Made by a program: the position numbers and the translations under genes | Part shown: piece after piece, positions 51,157 to 64,000 of the stretch | Position numbering within the stretch: position 1 is the stretch's first letter | Layout: each line of letters starts with the position of its first letter | Source: Podarcis pityusensis | Taxonomy: Eukaryota | DNA length: 64,000 nt | Assembly (NCBI GenBank): GCA_964106645.2 | Contig: OZ067038.1 | Strand: one strand, 5' to 3' | The notes under the pieces: model-generated | The model's input: only the letters and a program-made list of their open reading frames with translations | What the model was told of the DNA's origin: nothing | Databases searched by the model: none

Positions 51157-52822
51157 TTCCCCGCCCCCTACTTTTAGAGAAAACAATTGTCCAGGTTCTT
51201 GAGATTACAAAACTGTTTTGTTGGTCACATTATTTTAAAACACCACAAAAATAGAGCATTTAAGCTACTTGTGGCATACTTCTTTATTATTTTTGTAGGG
51301 AAGATCAAGCCAGTTAACTCACAAATAGTTTAGTGTTATTTGGAGTTCAAATAATATTAGCTAAAACAGAAAATACTCTGTAAAGAATCTTACAATTTTT
51401 ATGTTGGTCACTGCGGAATTACCCAGCTGGTTTTATTTAATAATTTATATGTAATGTGTTTGGGAAGGGAAGTAAGAGTCCTGACATTAGCAGACAATCC
51501 TAATTTGGGAGGCATTATTAATACAGAATAAGGATGAGGAAGTTCCACAGGAAGAACTGGGTGACCTCAAGAACTGCAGTAATGGAAATGGAATGAAACT
51601 GAGTTCTGCCAAGTAGAAGGCTGTGAACTTGGAGTGATAAGAGACGTTTTTGTTTTCGGCCGGGGGCTCAGCAACAGGGGAAAGAGCTTGGGATCTTGGT
51701 TGATCACAAAATGACTGTTTCATTGATGCCGTGTTGTTACAGTATTGCTAAGAAGATAGAATCAATGTTTGCATTGATTTTGGCAAGGAATTATTACTAC
51801 ATCTGTAAAATGCTCTGAAGGGACCCCGTTTGGAACGCTCGTGCATTGCTCGAAAAAAATTAATTTAGATTGCAACAAATGCAGGGGGGGGGGGAAACAA
51901 CCAGTAGGATTCTGGGAAATGTGGACCTATGTGGAGAGCACAGAGCAAGAGAATGTTGCTTTGGCTTAGCTTTTAGAAGGGTGAGTTCATGCTATGCAGA
52001 ACTTAAGAAGAACATCGTCCAGTGGGGGAAATAAAAATTAACGGTTACCGATTGTCTGCTAATTTAGACTGGAGCTTTCTAATGGATGAAAATCTGATTC
52101 AAGTGCAAGATTCAGAAACCATCTCCCTGGAAAATTTGAGAGTAAAAATCAATGCTTTTTCCCAAGAATGCTGAGATTTCTGCAGAACATTTTATCATAA
52201 AAAAAACCCCCCAGACGTTCTGTAATTTGTTAAAAATATGTTAATGCCCAGGGCAAAGAAAATCCTGTGTCTTGGATTCACTTCTAAATATTTAGCTTAA
52301 CTGAACTGATTAGGAATTTCCAACCAAAAGTAGCAGGATTAATCAGGAACTCTTAATCTCTTTATCCGATAATAAAGTCAAGGCAGTTTGGCAACGTGTT
52401 TTGGTGTGTTTTTTTAACAAAAATTATGTTCTGTAACTGCAAATTTAAATTTCTAGTTCCAGTGTCTGAAGGATGTTCTGGGTTGAATGAGGGTAAACAA
52501 GCTGAAGCTTAATCAAGATAAAACAGATGTGCAGTGGGTGGTAGACACGTTAAAAGGAAAAAAAGGAGGAGTGTATTGAAGCATTGGCTAGAAGGGGGAA
52601 ATGTTTCTTTGCCTATATGACGTCAGAACTAAGAAAAGTGGCTGTCGTTGGCCCAAAGTGCCAAGGCAGGCCAATCTCAGAGGTCTGCCAGACCTAATTT
52701 AGGCCCGCAAGCTGGAGATTCTCCACCCCTGGTTTAAAGCTTTAAAGCTTTTCATCAGCACTTACGATTGAGCCTAGATATGCACTGACAACTGTGTGCA
52801 CTCATGAAGTTTCAGTGTGATC

Positions 52823-52962
52823 CAGGAGTGCCAACTTGGCCCCGGAACCATGGGTGCTTGGGGCCATGGATGCCATGAAGCATGCACCTAAATTTGTGGG
52901 TGCCCGGCCCCTTCATGGGGAATTTTGTGGGTGCTCAGGGCCCCAGGGATTTGGCACCTGTG
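52823..52962. mobile_element. hAT-type MITE
   Basis: Termini CAGGAGTGCCAA / TTGGCACCTGTG; TSD GTGTGATC/GCGTGATC. Confidence 0.75.
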
Positions 52963-55900
52963 GCGTGATCTGATAAGATCATCGGTCCTAGCCAACAGCT
53001 GGAAGGCCCTGCAAACCAGCTACACTTAGCCATCACAGTAGCCTAGTCTGGAAGTCACTAGTGCATGAACAACTGTGGCAAGGTACCTGGAGTACCAACT
53101 GAAATTAATAAAATGTGCCTCTGGACACCCAAATTTCCCAAGTTAGTGCAGAGTCCAGAGGCACATTCAAGCTTTCAGGCCACCTAAGCTAGTTTGGGTG
53201 CAGGCTGTCCTGAGATAACCATCTCCTAAACTGCTTAGGGCAAGTTAGGAACAGGATCAGGCCAGCAGGCCAGATCTTGAACTTTCCAACCATGATGCCA
53301 GGGTGGACTTTGGCATGTTGTTTTTGTTCCATAGGCTTTGCTGGGGTGATTGTGGGGAAAAGATTTGTCCTGTGTGTACTGTGGACTTTGGCAAACTGTT
53401 TGTGTGTGTCTTTACCCATGAGTTGTTTAACATGTTTTTAGTTTATATTTTAAAATTGTTTTACTGGCTAAAGTTAGTGACATTTCATAAGGGTGTTCCC
53501 CACCCCCACATACACACTCGGTATGAACCTTTCTTGAGAGAAATTTAAATGGTGTTGAATGGAATGCTGGGTAGAATGAGAATGATTGTTGGGCAGAGAG
53601 GGTCAGTTGAAAAATGACCATGTGAGATATGAAAGTACAGACCAGGCCTCAGCCTTGAAGTTTAAAGTTCAGGTAAGCATAGGTGTGACAGGAAACAGAC
53701 AGAAGAAATAAGAAATGAGTAAAAATAGTTTTGAGGGGTATGAAGGGAAAGGGAAATACGGCTGAAGTGCACAGCAGCAGGATTTCTGTCAGACAGTTTT
53801 TTAAGGCACAGGGGAGCCTTCAGCTCTTATTCTGTGTGGATGATATTGGTTGCCAATTAAGTACTTGTAACATAGAATGATAACTTCAGTCGCATAGACT
53901 CCATTTGTCTATTCCAGTGAGGGGACAGATCTGGGAAGTCCACCACTTTGCCACTGGCAGCCAACCAGCATCAAGGTAGTGGTGATGCTGGAACTAACAA
54001 GATAGGATGCCATATCCATTTTGCCCGGAATAACATGTCTGCTAAGACTGTGGTTGTAATTTCCTGGCAATCTGGAGCTTGAGTGGAAACTTCTGTTAAT
54101 ATGTTATTTTGTTAATTGAATTAATGTCAAAACACGTTGGCCAGCCTTCATAAAATGGCTGACCATTCTACTGCACTGCAGTATCTTAGGTTTGGAGAAC
54201 AGGAGTTTGTGCTCTCAGGGTATTTTTCTGTATGCTAAAAAAGCGTAAGATGCTATATTCTGTGCTGTACATGTCACAAAGTACAGTACAGTACTAAAAA
54301 GCCACCTTTTTGCTATAGTATAGTGGTAATGACTATTGCAAATTGCCAAAGCCACTGAAGTTTTGCTCACAGGGTTGTTGTTTTTTACAAAAACAAAAAC
54401 CAATGGTTCATTTTGATTTTTGAAAAAAGATTTCAGAGTTTATGACAGCTCACCTGGCAGCCATAGGCAGCAAGGAATTACATACACTACAGATAGGTGA
54501 ATGGGCTCCTGTAGGATTAATCTGCCCTTCCTCCACCAGCCCACTTGGTTTCTGTGCTCACTGCAGAGCAAAAGTCTTCCCTTTCTCCTTTTGTTTTTCT
54601 TTTGCAGGTTGGTAACTGTCTGGTTTGTGAACTCTTAGAAGTGGTGCGAACTGGTCTACTGCTGTAATTTCTGTAATTAAATTTGGAGGCTTCATAGAGC
54701 AGACTGTTGTCGGTAGAAATTTATGACACAATAACATAGCTAGGTAAACTCAAAAGCTCTACAAAAATCTGTTACTCGCATCAAAATTTCTGTGCTGATT
54801 TGCAGTTATAAGTAGTCTAATCCCCCATGAAGCTGAAGTGAGTGCTCTTATCACTGCTGTTCAATTTAGGAGGCAAATTTTGCATGAAGATTAGTATGTC
54901 TGTGTTTGCAAGAAGGTTGAATTGATCCACACCTGCCAGGAATTGAACTTTGCTTGTAGTACAAAAGGTTTTGAATTAACTTTATTGAGAGTAAACTGGG
55001 CACAAGATTGCTGTCTATATCCTTTTTTGCTTCTTCAAAAGATACTCTTCCTGTTTTGCTTTTGTAGTTTGCATTCATTTGGGATCCTAAAAGAAGGGAA
55101 GTGTTGTGTCTGTAGTTCAGCTATGCTTTTAGGATGTGCTTTATATGGGAAATGTTCTGTCTTAAATGACCGGAAAATATTCTGCAGATTCTAGGCCGCT
55201 GCTAAAGGTATTCAGGATGTAGGGCAGAAAATATGCAACTAATTGTAGGGAAACAGCTGTTGGCATTGAAAGTAATTGCTCTGTTCTGCAGAATCACTAA
55301 AGCAGAGGTTATTTTGAACTTGAGTCTTAATTCATAATTCAAATGGGATATGGGTGTTGCTTTTAAAAATACAGTCTGATGAAAGGGCTAATAAGCACAA
55401 GGGTCAGAAAATACATAGCCTTTTCTAAGAGGTAGGAGAGTATAGTCTCCTTTACTCTTTTGTCAGATCACTTGTTCAGGGATAGAGGATTGTTTTAACA
55501 AGGCTTGCAGAAGAGCGCTGCGTTCTCTTACCCAACCTTCATCCTGGGAAAAGTGAGGAGAGGAGTTTTGAAGAAGAGAGGATCTCAGTCTGGTTTTCAT
55601 TTTCTCTACAGCTGTCATCTGGCTTTGAGTTCTGCTGGGCTTCTACAGCTGGAGAGTCATTTTATTGCTTTTACCCAGCATCCTTTTGCTTGTGCACACA
55701 GAAATGTTTTAATAGTCTTGGAAAAAAGTCAGAGTATCTCTTAGCAACCATAGGACAGTAATTATTATACCAGCAGCTGGGAGCAAACCAGATTTCCGTT
55801 GTGCATTAAAAACTGGCGTAGGTTACTTCATAGATGATACTGGCTAGCCTATGCCAGTGCTGTGGTTGAAGGATATTGAATGTGGGCGGTGCGTAATTGC

Positions 55901-57216
55901 TTTGGCAGTAGAAAAGAAGTGGGGATTTGTGCATCTATGTCTGTGTTTTATGTGAGATAGAGACCATCAAACACTATATTTAATGTGGCACGTTTTTATA
56001 CTGTAAAAATATTTTGCTGGTTTTATTTAGTCTTGTTTTCAATACAATAGTAGCCTGTGTTTGGGCCTCTTACTGTCAGAACCGTATTTCTTGATTTTAT
56101 TTTGTTGCTGCTGCTGTTGCTTTAAGTTTTAATAACCATCCCGTGACAAAACAACCTAAACTAATTGTTTCCTATCCAAAGAACTATTCTGAAATACTTC
56201 ATCAAAATGGTTTGTTTGGAAACCAAAATCTTTTTAATTAGGGACTGTGTAGCTACTGGGAGTTTGAGGAATTGAGTGTAAAAGGATGGGTACTGAGAAC
56301 ATGACACAAACACTGAACTTTTGTATGAACTACAGAAAAGATGTCACGCATTTGTTGAAAATGGTAATAACACATAAATAGCCCCCAACACCAAATAAGG
56401 GTGTAGTTTGCAGTTTCCCACTGCACTGATATCGCCTTTGCTTACTTAGTGTTGAGAATTCATATGCCTCCACAGGAGTATCTGAAGTCCAGAGGCTGTT
56501 ATAGCCCAACTCCATGCTGCAGTGCTGTGGCTTGCTTCAGCTGATCCTTGCTAGTTATACTGGGTTGTTAGTGGTTGTGTGGTACCCTGGACTATAAGGT
56601 CTTTGGACCCAAAGAAGGGTTGGCGTTTGCTAATGCACACAGTGCTTGTCAGAAAAGCTTTCCACAGCACCATCTGGTGTAGCAAGAGTTGCAGAAGAAG
56701 CTATTTCATGAGAGTGTTTTTGTAAACTCTAAAGGAAGGCAAAATGACACAGTCTCATTTGGATTGATGAAATCTCAAACCTGTCTGCACATCACATTTC
56801 TTGTAAGCCTCATGGACGCTTGACCATGTTCCTCTGTTAATTGGAAGTAATTATTCTTTACAAAATGAACTCTTGGGTGAATATGAAAAAAATACTATAT
56901 ACCATTATGCACCCAGATTTCCATTAAACTGGGATCAGGTTTGACTATAAATTTGTTGGTCCATGCCTGAGACAACAAAGAAAATCTTCAGACCATGGTT
57001 TGGATAGCCTTTCTTATATTGGAAGTCATGCATACATTAGGTTGCCAAATTCTGTACCATTAACCAATGGAACTTGAGTGCTACAGATAAACTTTGGTAG
57101 CAGATGCTCAGGCAGCTTGCATATATGCTATTTGTATTCATATTTGGAGTGTGTGCATCTTGCCATGGTATTTGAATTTCCCCATCAGACATTACACTAG
57201 AAGTATTAACAGCATA

Positions 57217-57441
57217 CAGTGGTACCTCAGGTTAAGTACTTAATTCGTTCCGGAGGTCCGTTCTTAACCTGAAGCACCACTTTAGCTAATGTGGCCGCCT
57301 GCTGCTGCCGCGCCGCCAAAGCCCGATTTCTCTTCTTATCCTGAAGCAAAGTTCTTAACCTGAAGCACTATTTCTGGCTTAGTGGAGTGTGTAACCTGAA
57401 GCGTATGTAACCTGAAGCGTATGTAACCCGAGGTACCACTG
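57217..57441 (-). mobile_element. Tc1/mariner(Tigger)-like MITE, family B (inverted relative to 8903 and 46134)
   Basis: TA|CAGTGGTACCTCAGGTTAAGTACTTAATT...GAGGTACCACTG|TA; internal tandem gtaacctgaagcgtat. Confidence 0.92.
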
Positions 57442-59011
57442 TATAGGGATTGGTTAAACGAGCCAATGTCATAAGCTGTGGTTTGAAGTGGCCTTGCCCA
57501 GCAGCTAACTAAAGTTTAACGAAACCTATTGTGACAGAAGTCCTTCTGGCCAATTGGTGAGAGGACAGTCTCTAAGGCTTATGAAGGCTCATCCATGTAG
57601 AGCTAAACCACACTGAAGTCTTTCATAAGAATGCAGTCAGTGTGTCTACTTTTGCTTCCTTCTTAAGTTTCCAAATTCTAAGTTTGAGGAGCCAATGAAA
57701 TATGATAGATCTTAGAGCAATGATCTCTAAGGTGTTGGGCGTTTTAAAGTTTGGAAAGTTATTTTCCTCCCACCCACCCTTTTATGTCTATAGCAAGCAT
57801 GTTAACATGCTCTTCCACAACAATTGATTAGATTCTGCCCGACTTCACAATAGTCGGTTCAACTCCTGATGAGCGCTGTTTTCTACAATCTAGGAAGCTG
57901 TAAAAAGTGACTTGCTCATTGTATTATCTTAGAATTTACTACTTATTTACTACCTTCATCACTTAGGAATGACACTTAAAAGTGAATTGTGGAGAACATT
58001 GTCTTTTGTTGAGGTGGCTGAGCATCTTTGTCTATTAAATACAGTGCCCATCTGCACAGTAACAGTACTTCTAACAAGTCTCATTTTGTTGAAGGTGCAG
58101 AAAGGTGTAAGCATGTAAAGTACATTTGTCAGAAACATGCTCACAAAATGAGCATCTTCCCAAGGAACAGATTTTGTGTAGTGTCTTGCACATTAAGGCA
58201 ACCTGCCCCAATGTATTTTGGACTACAACTCCCATAAGTCCCAACCAGCTGTCTAAGACTGAAAGAGCTGCAAGTTGCCAAAGGCTGCATCAAGGCACAG
58301 CCATCATATACTCTGAAAACAGCAGGTGTGGCATAAGAATATATATTCTGCCTGTTTGAAGTGTTAAATTCCATGGAAATCCTTGCCCTAATTATGGTCT
58401 TGCAATAAGTGTTCAGGTGATCACAGTTTCCCACACCAATTTGGTGGCCTTCTATTACAGTAGTGAGAGTGAGTCACACACCCAACCCGGTTGGCTGCGC
58501 TATTTCAGGGATCTGCCGGAACCAGGGGCAATTGCTGTGGTTAGTTGGTGGTCAGGTGGTTGACAAATATCAAGTCTTCAGTGCCAATCACTGCTTGGAA
58601 AAGGAAATGGCATACAATCCTCTCTGTAGTGATGTTTTCTAGATGTATAAATAACCAACTGGGAAATGGAGTTTGTGTGGTCCCATATCCATACCATGCA
58701 ATCATGGAAATTGTAGGTCTGAAGGGCTGTTAGTGTTTTTCTTGTGCTGGGTGTGTTTGTGACTTGTACATTCAGTAAGCATTCCATAAGGGGGATACTA
58801 AAAGTATTTTTGACACTGCATAAATGCTGCCTCCAGCATGTAATCTGTGGCATTTGTTTACAATAGAATTTTTGTAAATGTTTAGTATGCGACTTGTTTT
58901 GATTTTAATTGAAGTCATATGCATTGTCATCCATCTGAATTGCTGGGGTGACTCAAGCACAACAACAACAACAACAATAAAATAAGAATTATAATTTATT
59001 ATCATTCCCAG

Positions 59012-59170
59012 GCTATTCCAGAAAGCATACCGAGTTTGCTAATGAAAGATCATCTTTTCCAACATGAACCTGGAGTGAGCAATGATTCTTACAAAAGCTT
59101 AAGTATAAGACCCTCAACCTTTGAAGATTTCAGCTCAAGAAGACCGTTTTTCCACAACCAATCCAACCAG
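59012..59170 (+). CDS. SPRED1: SPRED1 exon 5 (159 nt)
   Basis: Acceptor cattcccag|, donor CAG|gtaaca. Encodes AIPESIPSLLMKDHLFQHEPGVSNDSYKSLSIRPSTFEDFSSRRPFFHNQSNQ; KDHLFQ and IRPS-FED match SPRED1. Confidence 0.93.
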
Positions 59171-62100
59171 GTAACAGCTCTGCAACTAGAAAAAAACAGC
59201 TGTCAGAAATTTGGCTTAGTTATTTTATTGTCTAGGCTAGACCTATAATGGGAGCCAAAGCTTTTCCACTATGTTAGAGAGCCATGGCAAGCCTCAGGCT
59301 CACATACTCCCTTCTCTCCCCTCTTTCATGCAGTGGACTTAAAAGTGGAAGTGACTACAGGAAGAGATTAAAAACATCGGCTTCCACTTTAGAACAAGCT
59401 ATAGTTCTTCGGGTTCCAGTGTCATGGGAAGTTGCAGCTTGTTTAAAAGTAGAAGATGCTTCTGATATCTCTTTGGCTGTATTCACACGTGGGGTTTATT
59501 GTGTTAGTTTAACTGACTATAAGGCTAGTGCTTCTTTCTTTTTTTCTAACTTTCCTTTCACACTACACAAGCCTGTTCCGTCATATCTCAACCCCTATAC
59601 GGCCATGTTGCGGTAAAGGCCATTCACACAGCAAGAACTAGCAACAGACATCAACAGATGCCACCACCATTCTGCTACTCTGTGCTGAAATACTAGCCTT
59701 GAAGCGGGCAAGGAATGCACTACATGCTGGTAGTCTGCCACACAGCTCGTCATGTGAGCAGCTGTGGCATGAACCTGTGAAAAAGGCAGGAAAATCACCA
59801 CACAAAATCACATGGTTTTCCGAGTTGGGGGGAGGGGGCTGTAAGAGGGGGTTTTTTTGCAATCAAATAACATGGAAATGAGCGCTAGACTATATCCTCA
59901 TACATATTTTCAGAAGTGGCTTTTATGTTGTGTGAAAGCTCAGTTTTTCTGTGCAAAATAACTACCAGGGAAACATCAGGGAAAGGGAATAAACTGTGGT
60001 GTGAATGAAGCCATTCTCTGCTGAAAGCGGTGGTGGTGTGTGTGGCTCATGCAACTGGAAACCATGACTTCCCATTTCTTCTGAATTGAGCAAATATGTG
60101 CAGTCGCAGCAACTTCCACCTTGTGCCTCTCCCTTCCCATCTGCATACTTCCCTCTTTTCCCTCGCCTGCTGTGTACAATTCCTTCTATCACTTAGGAAT
60201 TTTTACTCACCCAGCCTTTCTCATTGACGTATACTTGCTCAGTCCCATTTATTCTGCCTTCCTTTCCACTGCCATACAGCTTCTCGAAAGATGCTAAAGC
60301 CCCTACCAGGCTACTTGCCCTCCTTCCTGGGCCTCTCAGCCACATAGTTTTCTTATTCCCCTTTACAGTTTCCATTGTTGCCTCCAGGCAAGCAGCTCGG
60401 TCTGTGTCACAGTCCCACCCACTTCCTGCTCTGGACATTGATTTCTTCCTCTCCTCCACCCAAACAATCCTTCACTTCACAAAGCTCGTCTTCTGTTTTC
60501 CACCTGAGCAGTAGAAATGCTTATTTTTTAAAATTACAGCAGCTGGGGAACACTCCCCAAGAAATAGTCATGTTTTTGTCAGTCAAGGAATATTTTATGA
60601 GGTCTCAAAAAATCCATTTGCCAGAGAAAAAGGCCCCCAGCGTCTCCCTTTCCCTCCAGGCTCACAGGAGGATAGAAAGAATATACATATACGTAATTTC
60701 ATTTGTGTGCTCGCTCTCCACAGTTCAAGCCATGCTCAAGGCAGCTTACAAGATAACAAAAATACAATTTCCACATAAATCATAATATCTAAAATAAAGA
60801 TTTTTAAAAATCAGCTACAACCCGCCCCCCCAACAAAAACTTCTGCTTTTGTAGCTGGAGTCAGCCAGGGCCCTGCCCTCTTGGGCCAGGTGGGAAAAGG
60901 CCTGCAAGGCAGGGAGCAGGTCTTCCAAGACTCACAGCCAAGATGGTCTCATATTGTGTTGAGCTCTGGAGCAAGCAGAAGCAGAACTGGCCACACACAC
61001 TGCTTCTGCCCTCAGCGAAGCCCAGAACAATACAAGACCTCCTGTCCCAAATTCTCAAGAGGAGAGGAGAGGTCAATGATAGCACAGACTGCAGCTGGCT
61101 AGTAAGCAAAGTCAGGCCCTGGTTTTGTCGGTTTACTGTTATGATTTTAGGTGGAAAGAACAAAAATGTCTGCTGGCATTTACATTCGTGAGTTGTCTTT
61201 TTTTTATTGTCAAGCCTCTAAAATCCTTTGTGGTGAAAATAGAGCACTCCATGATAAATTTAATATTATCCTTTCCTAACCTTGTAGTTGATCTTATGCC
61301 TCTTTTACCCACAATTCTATATTGTGGCACCCAGGTATCCTGGAGTACCTCAGATATAGGCATAAGATTTTCTCTCACCTGAGTATACATGGGTTAGGGA
61401 AATTTCCCATGTGCAGGTGTGCAAAGATCACATATGTCTACTTTGTAAGATTTATATTTGTGAATGCTACTACTTGCAGCTCTTCAACTGTACTCCAGCA
61501 TTACTGTGTATGCCACCACCCAAGGTTTTTTTTGGGGGGGGGGGTTGCCTGCACCATTGTACTGTATACCTATGTAGAAAGAAAGTTTTGTGCAAAGTAG
61601 CTTTTGCCTGACTTCAGCCTGATCTCTCATTTTCCTGACATCCTTCCCCCCCCCCCCCCAAGGTTGCAGAGTTAAAGCCCAGAACAATCTATTACTGAAG
61701 CTTAGGCTTGCATTACTCTGTTTTATTTTAGAGTGATCTTCTACTTAGATTTCAAAGATTTCCCTATTTAGCTTGCTCTAGTTGTTTAGACAGTTTTAAC
61801 CATTGGCAAGGGTGACCGATTACAATTTTTATTACTTTGAGCCAAGCCATTTTGAATCTCAAATATTCCAGCAGAAGTTTGCTCTGCCCTATAATGGAGT
61901 GTCTTGTTTTTGCCCTTGGCAGGGATGGGAAAGGATTGTTTGCTTTTTAATCTTTGCTCATAAACTAAAACTTTATAGCAAACTTATTTTCATTAATAGT
62001 GAAAGATGTTTCTGTCATCGCTGGCCGATCCTTTAGAAGGTTATGGAAAAGTTATTTCTGTCTTGGTTTTGTGGATTTCCATTGGTGCCAGCAAAGTGAG

Positions 62101-62307
62101 CAACTTCTTTGGTACTGGCTACAAGTTCTCACCACAAGTGTTAATGTGTTTGTTAAGCAAGTACTTCAGTAATCAAGGACTGCTTCTTCAAAAAGCATTT
62201 TGAAATAATTCAGGCATGAGTTGCAAAGTGGCTTTTATTTCTACACCTGTAAGAAATCCTCCACCCTTTGCAATATGATTTAAAATTAACCACTTTCTGC
62301 AGGCAGC

Positions 62308-62391
62308 CTGAAATTCTGGTCACACCTACCCAGAGTAAGTCCTATTAAACTCAATGGGGCTTACTTCTGAGTAGATATGCACAGAATTGCA
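62308..62391. mobile_element. Degenerate short palindromic repeat element
   Basis: cacacctacccagagtaagtcctattaaactcaatggggcttacttctgagtagatatgcacag is self-complementary and resembles a common reptile repeat. Confidence 0.5.
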
Positions 62392-62717
62392 CTTGGGGGC
62401 TAGTTCCAAGAATTTCAGAAGCATGGATCACCTGAGCTCCTAATTCTCCACTTTGTCATTTTTTGAGTCTCACCCATGTTTGAAAATGGTCTGCTTCACA
62501 GTTTTATCTCAAGAGTGTTGTGTTGCATTCACAAATCCTACTTCACATTGTTAAAGCAGAATTGTGAGTTGAATAATTTCTGCTTTTGAAATTCCTGCTC
62601 TTTGTTAGACACTACCTTTTCTGAGACCCATCCTTTTTGTCCAGAGCAACCCAAAAGGTGGCAGTGGAGGAAATAAAGGCAGATTAACTGCCTTTCCCAG
62701 TGCCCTGCCAGCAAGAC

Positions 62718-62719
<2 letters not shown>

Positions 62720-62751
<32 letters not shown>
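62720..62751. repeat. (TG)n microsatellite
   Basis: Direct read. Confidence 0.95.
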
Positions 62752-62755
<4 letters not shown>

Positions 62756-63360
62756 TTTCTCCTCTCTTCTTCCAAATGTTATTACTGGTCAACTCTTTAC
62801 CTCCCATCCCCAATTTGCACTCACCCTCTTTTCTTTATGGTTTTTGTTTTTCATTTGCTTGAGCTTTCCATCTCCTCATTCTTTTCATGTCTTAGGTGAC
62901 CTATGACGGGCATTTAGGGGAGGGATGCAGGATTGTGAATACCTTTGTATAGCATTTAATTGTTAAGGTGCCTAATCAGCATTAAATATGAATAGATTTC
63001 ATGAAGCTGCAATCCTGTGATTCCAAGGAGGGTGACCCATGAATTGCAGGAATCATTGTACTGAACAGGAAAAGGAAAATGCACCCGCCACCACTTTTTG
63101 TCTTACCAATGCAAGCCCAGATGGGAAATGGCAGTTCATCCATTTTGAGTTCTGCCCCCCATAACACCCCCCCCCCACACACACACCATTTGGATTACTC
63201 TGCCTATCATCTTTGTCAGGAACTCTTCAATTCAGTTTACGGAAAACAAGTAGGGATGAAACCTCCTAACAATAAAGTTCTCTGGTACTTAATCATCAGC
63301 TTGTGCTGAGAGATTCTGTCGCACTTGTGTGTAAAACAAAGTGTCTTGCTTCCCTTTCAG

Positions 63361-64000
63361 ATACCCCTGAAGCCGGTCAGGAATGTCAGTTTTCAGGACG
63401 ACGAAGAAATTGTTCGAATAAACCCTCGTGACATTTTAATACGCCGCTATGCAGACTATAGGCACCCAGACATGTGGAAAAATGACTTGGATAGGGATGA
63501 AGGCGACGCCTCGCTGCAGTGTCCCAAGGCAGATAGTAAAAAACCAGACTATCTGTACCCTTCCGGGGACGGAACTAAGTTGAATTCGCTAAAAGATTCC
63601 AAGTGTTCTGTGGTACTGAAAACGCAACCTTCCTCGTTCAAATTGAAAAAGTCGAAAAGGAGGAAAGAGGACGGGGAGCGCTCTCGCTGCATATACTGCC
63701 AGGAAAGGTTTAATCATGAAGAGAATGGCCGGGGCAAATGCCAGGATGCTCCCGATCCCATCAAGAGATGCATCTATCAAGTTAGCTGCATGCTTTGTGC
63801 TGAGAGCATGCTCTACCATTGTATGTCAGACTCGGAGGGGGATTTCTCTGACCCCTGCTCTTGTGACACTAGCGACGACAAGTTCTGCTTGCGATGGCTC
63901 GCCCTTGTCACGTTGTCTTTCATTGCGCCGTGTATGTGCTGCTACCTCCCCTTAAGAGCGTGCCACCATTGTGGTGAGGTCTGTGGATGCTGCGGAGGGA
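63361..64000 (+). CDS. SPRED1: SPRED1 last coding exon (KBD and SPR domain), truncated by window end
   Basis: Acceptor ttccctttcag|. Open frame [39 protein letters not shown]...[62 protein letters not shown]...[13 protein letters not shown]. Confidence 0.98.
   Translation, partial: MPLKPVRNVSFQDDEEIVRINPRDILIRRYADYRHPDMWKNDLDRDEGDASLQCPKADSKKPDYLYPSGDGTKLNSLKDSKCSVVLKTQPSSFKLKKSKRRKEDGERSRCIYCQERFNHEENGRGKCQDAPDPIKRCIYQVSCMLCAESMLYHCMSDSEGDFSDPCSCDTSDDKFCLRWLALVTLSFIAPCMCCYLPLRACHHCGEVCGCCGG

Noticed and set aside
60855-60889. gtcagccagg segment resembling human exon 6 GQPG, between a tag acceptor and a gt donor
   Set aside because: It is 35 nt, the QPG falls out of frame, and it lies in what looks like a LINE remnant.
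63589-63955. ORF-track entries 63589-63819 (-) and 63716-63955 (+)
   Set aside because: Shadow frames of the SPRED1 last exon. The true frame is missing from the track because it runs off the window.

Overview
Vertebrate genomic DNA from a squamate reptile, most likely a lacertid lizard judging by a Sauria-type SINE and lizard-type MITEs. The whole window lies inside one + strand gene, SPRED1 (EVH1 - c-Kit-binding - Sprouty cysteine-rich Ras/ERK inhibitor). It begins in intron 1, and I found no exon 1 in the window. It contains exon 2 (38816-38990), exon 3 (47491-47659), exon 4 (48904-48953), exon 5 (59012-59170) and the last coding exon (63361 to past the window end), all with AG/GT boundaries and compatible phases. 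I found no counterpart of mammalian exon 6. Introns hold many short DNA transposons (TA-TSD Tc1/mariner-type and 8-bp-TSD hAT-type MITEs), SINEs, CR1/L2/Penelope-like remnants, a solo LTR and microsatellites. The most unusual observation is a 258-codon reading frame in intron 1 (35629-36402) interrupted only by TGA stops. It resembles no TE I recognise and is a candidate endogenous viral or foreign gene fossil. Nearly all ORFs in the supplied track are spurious. Repeat family names come from recognition, not from a database search.
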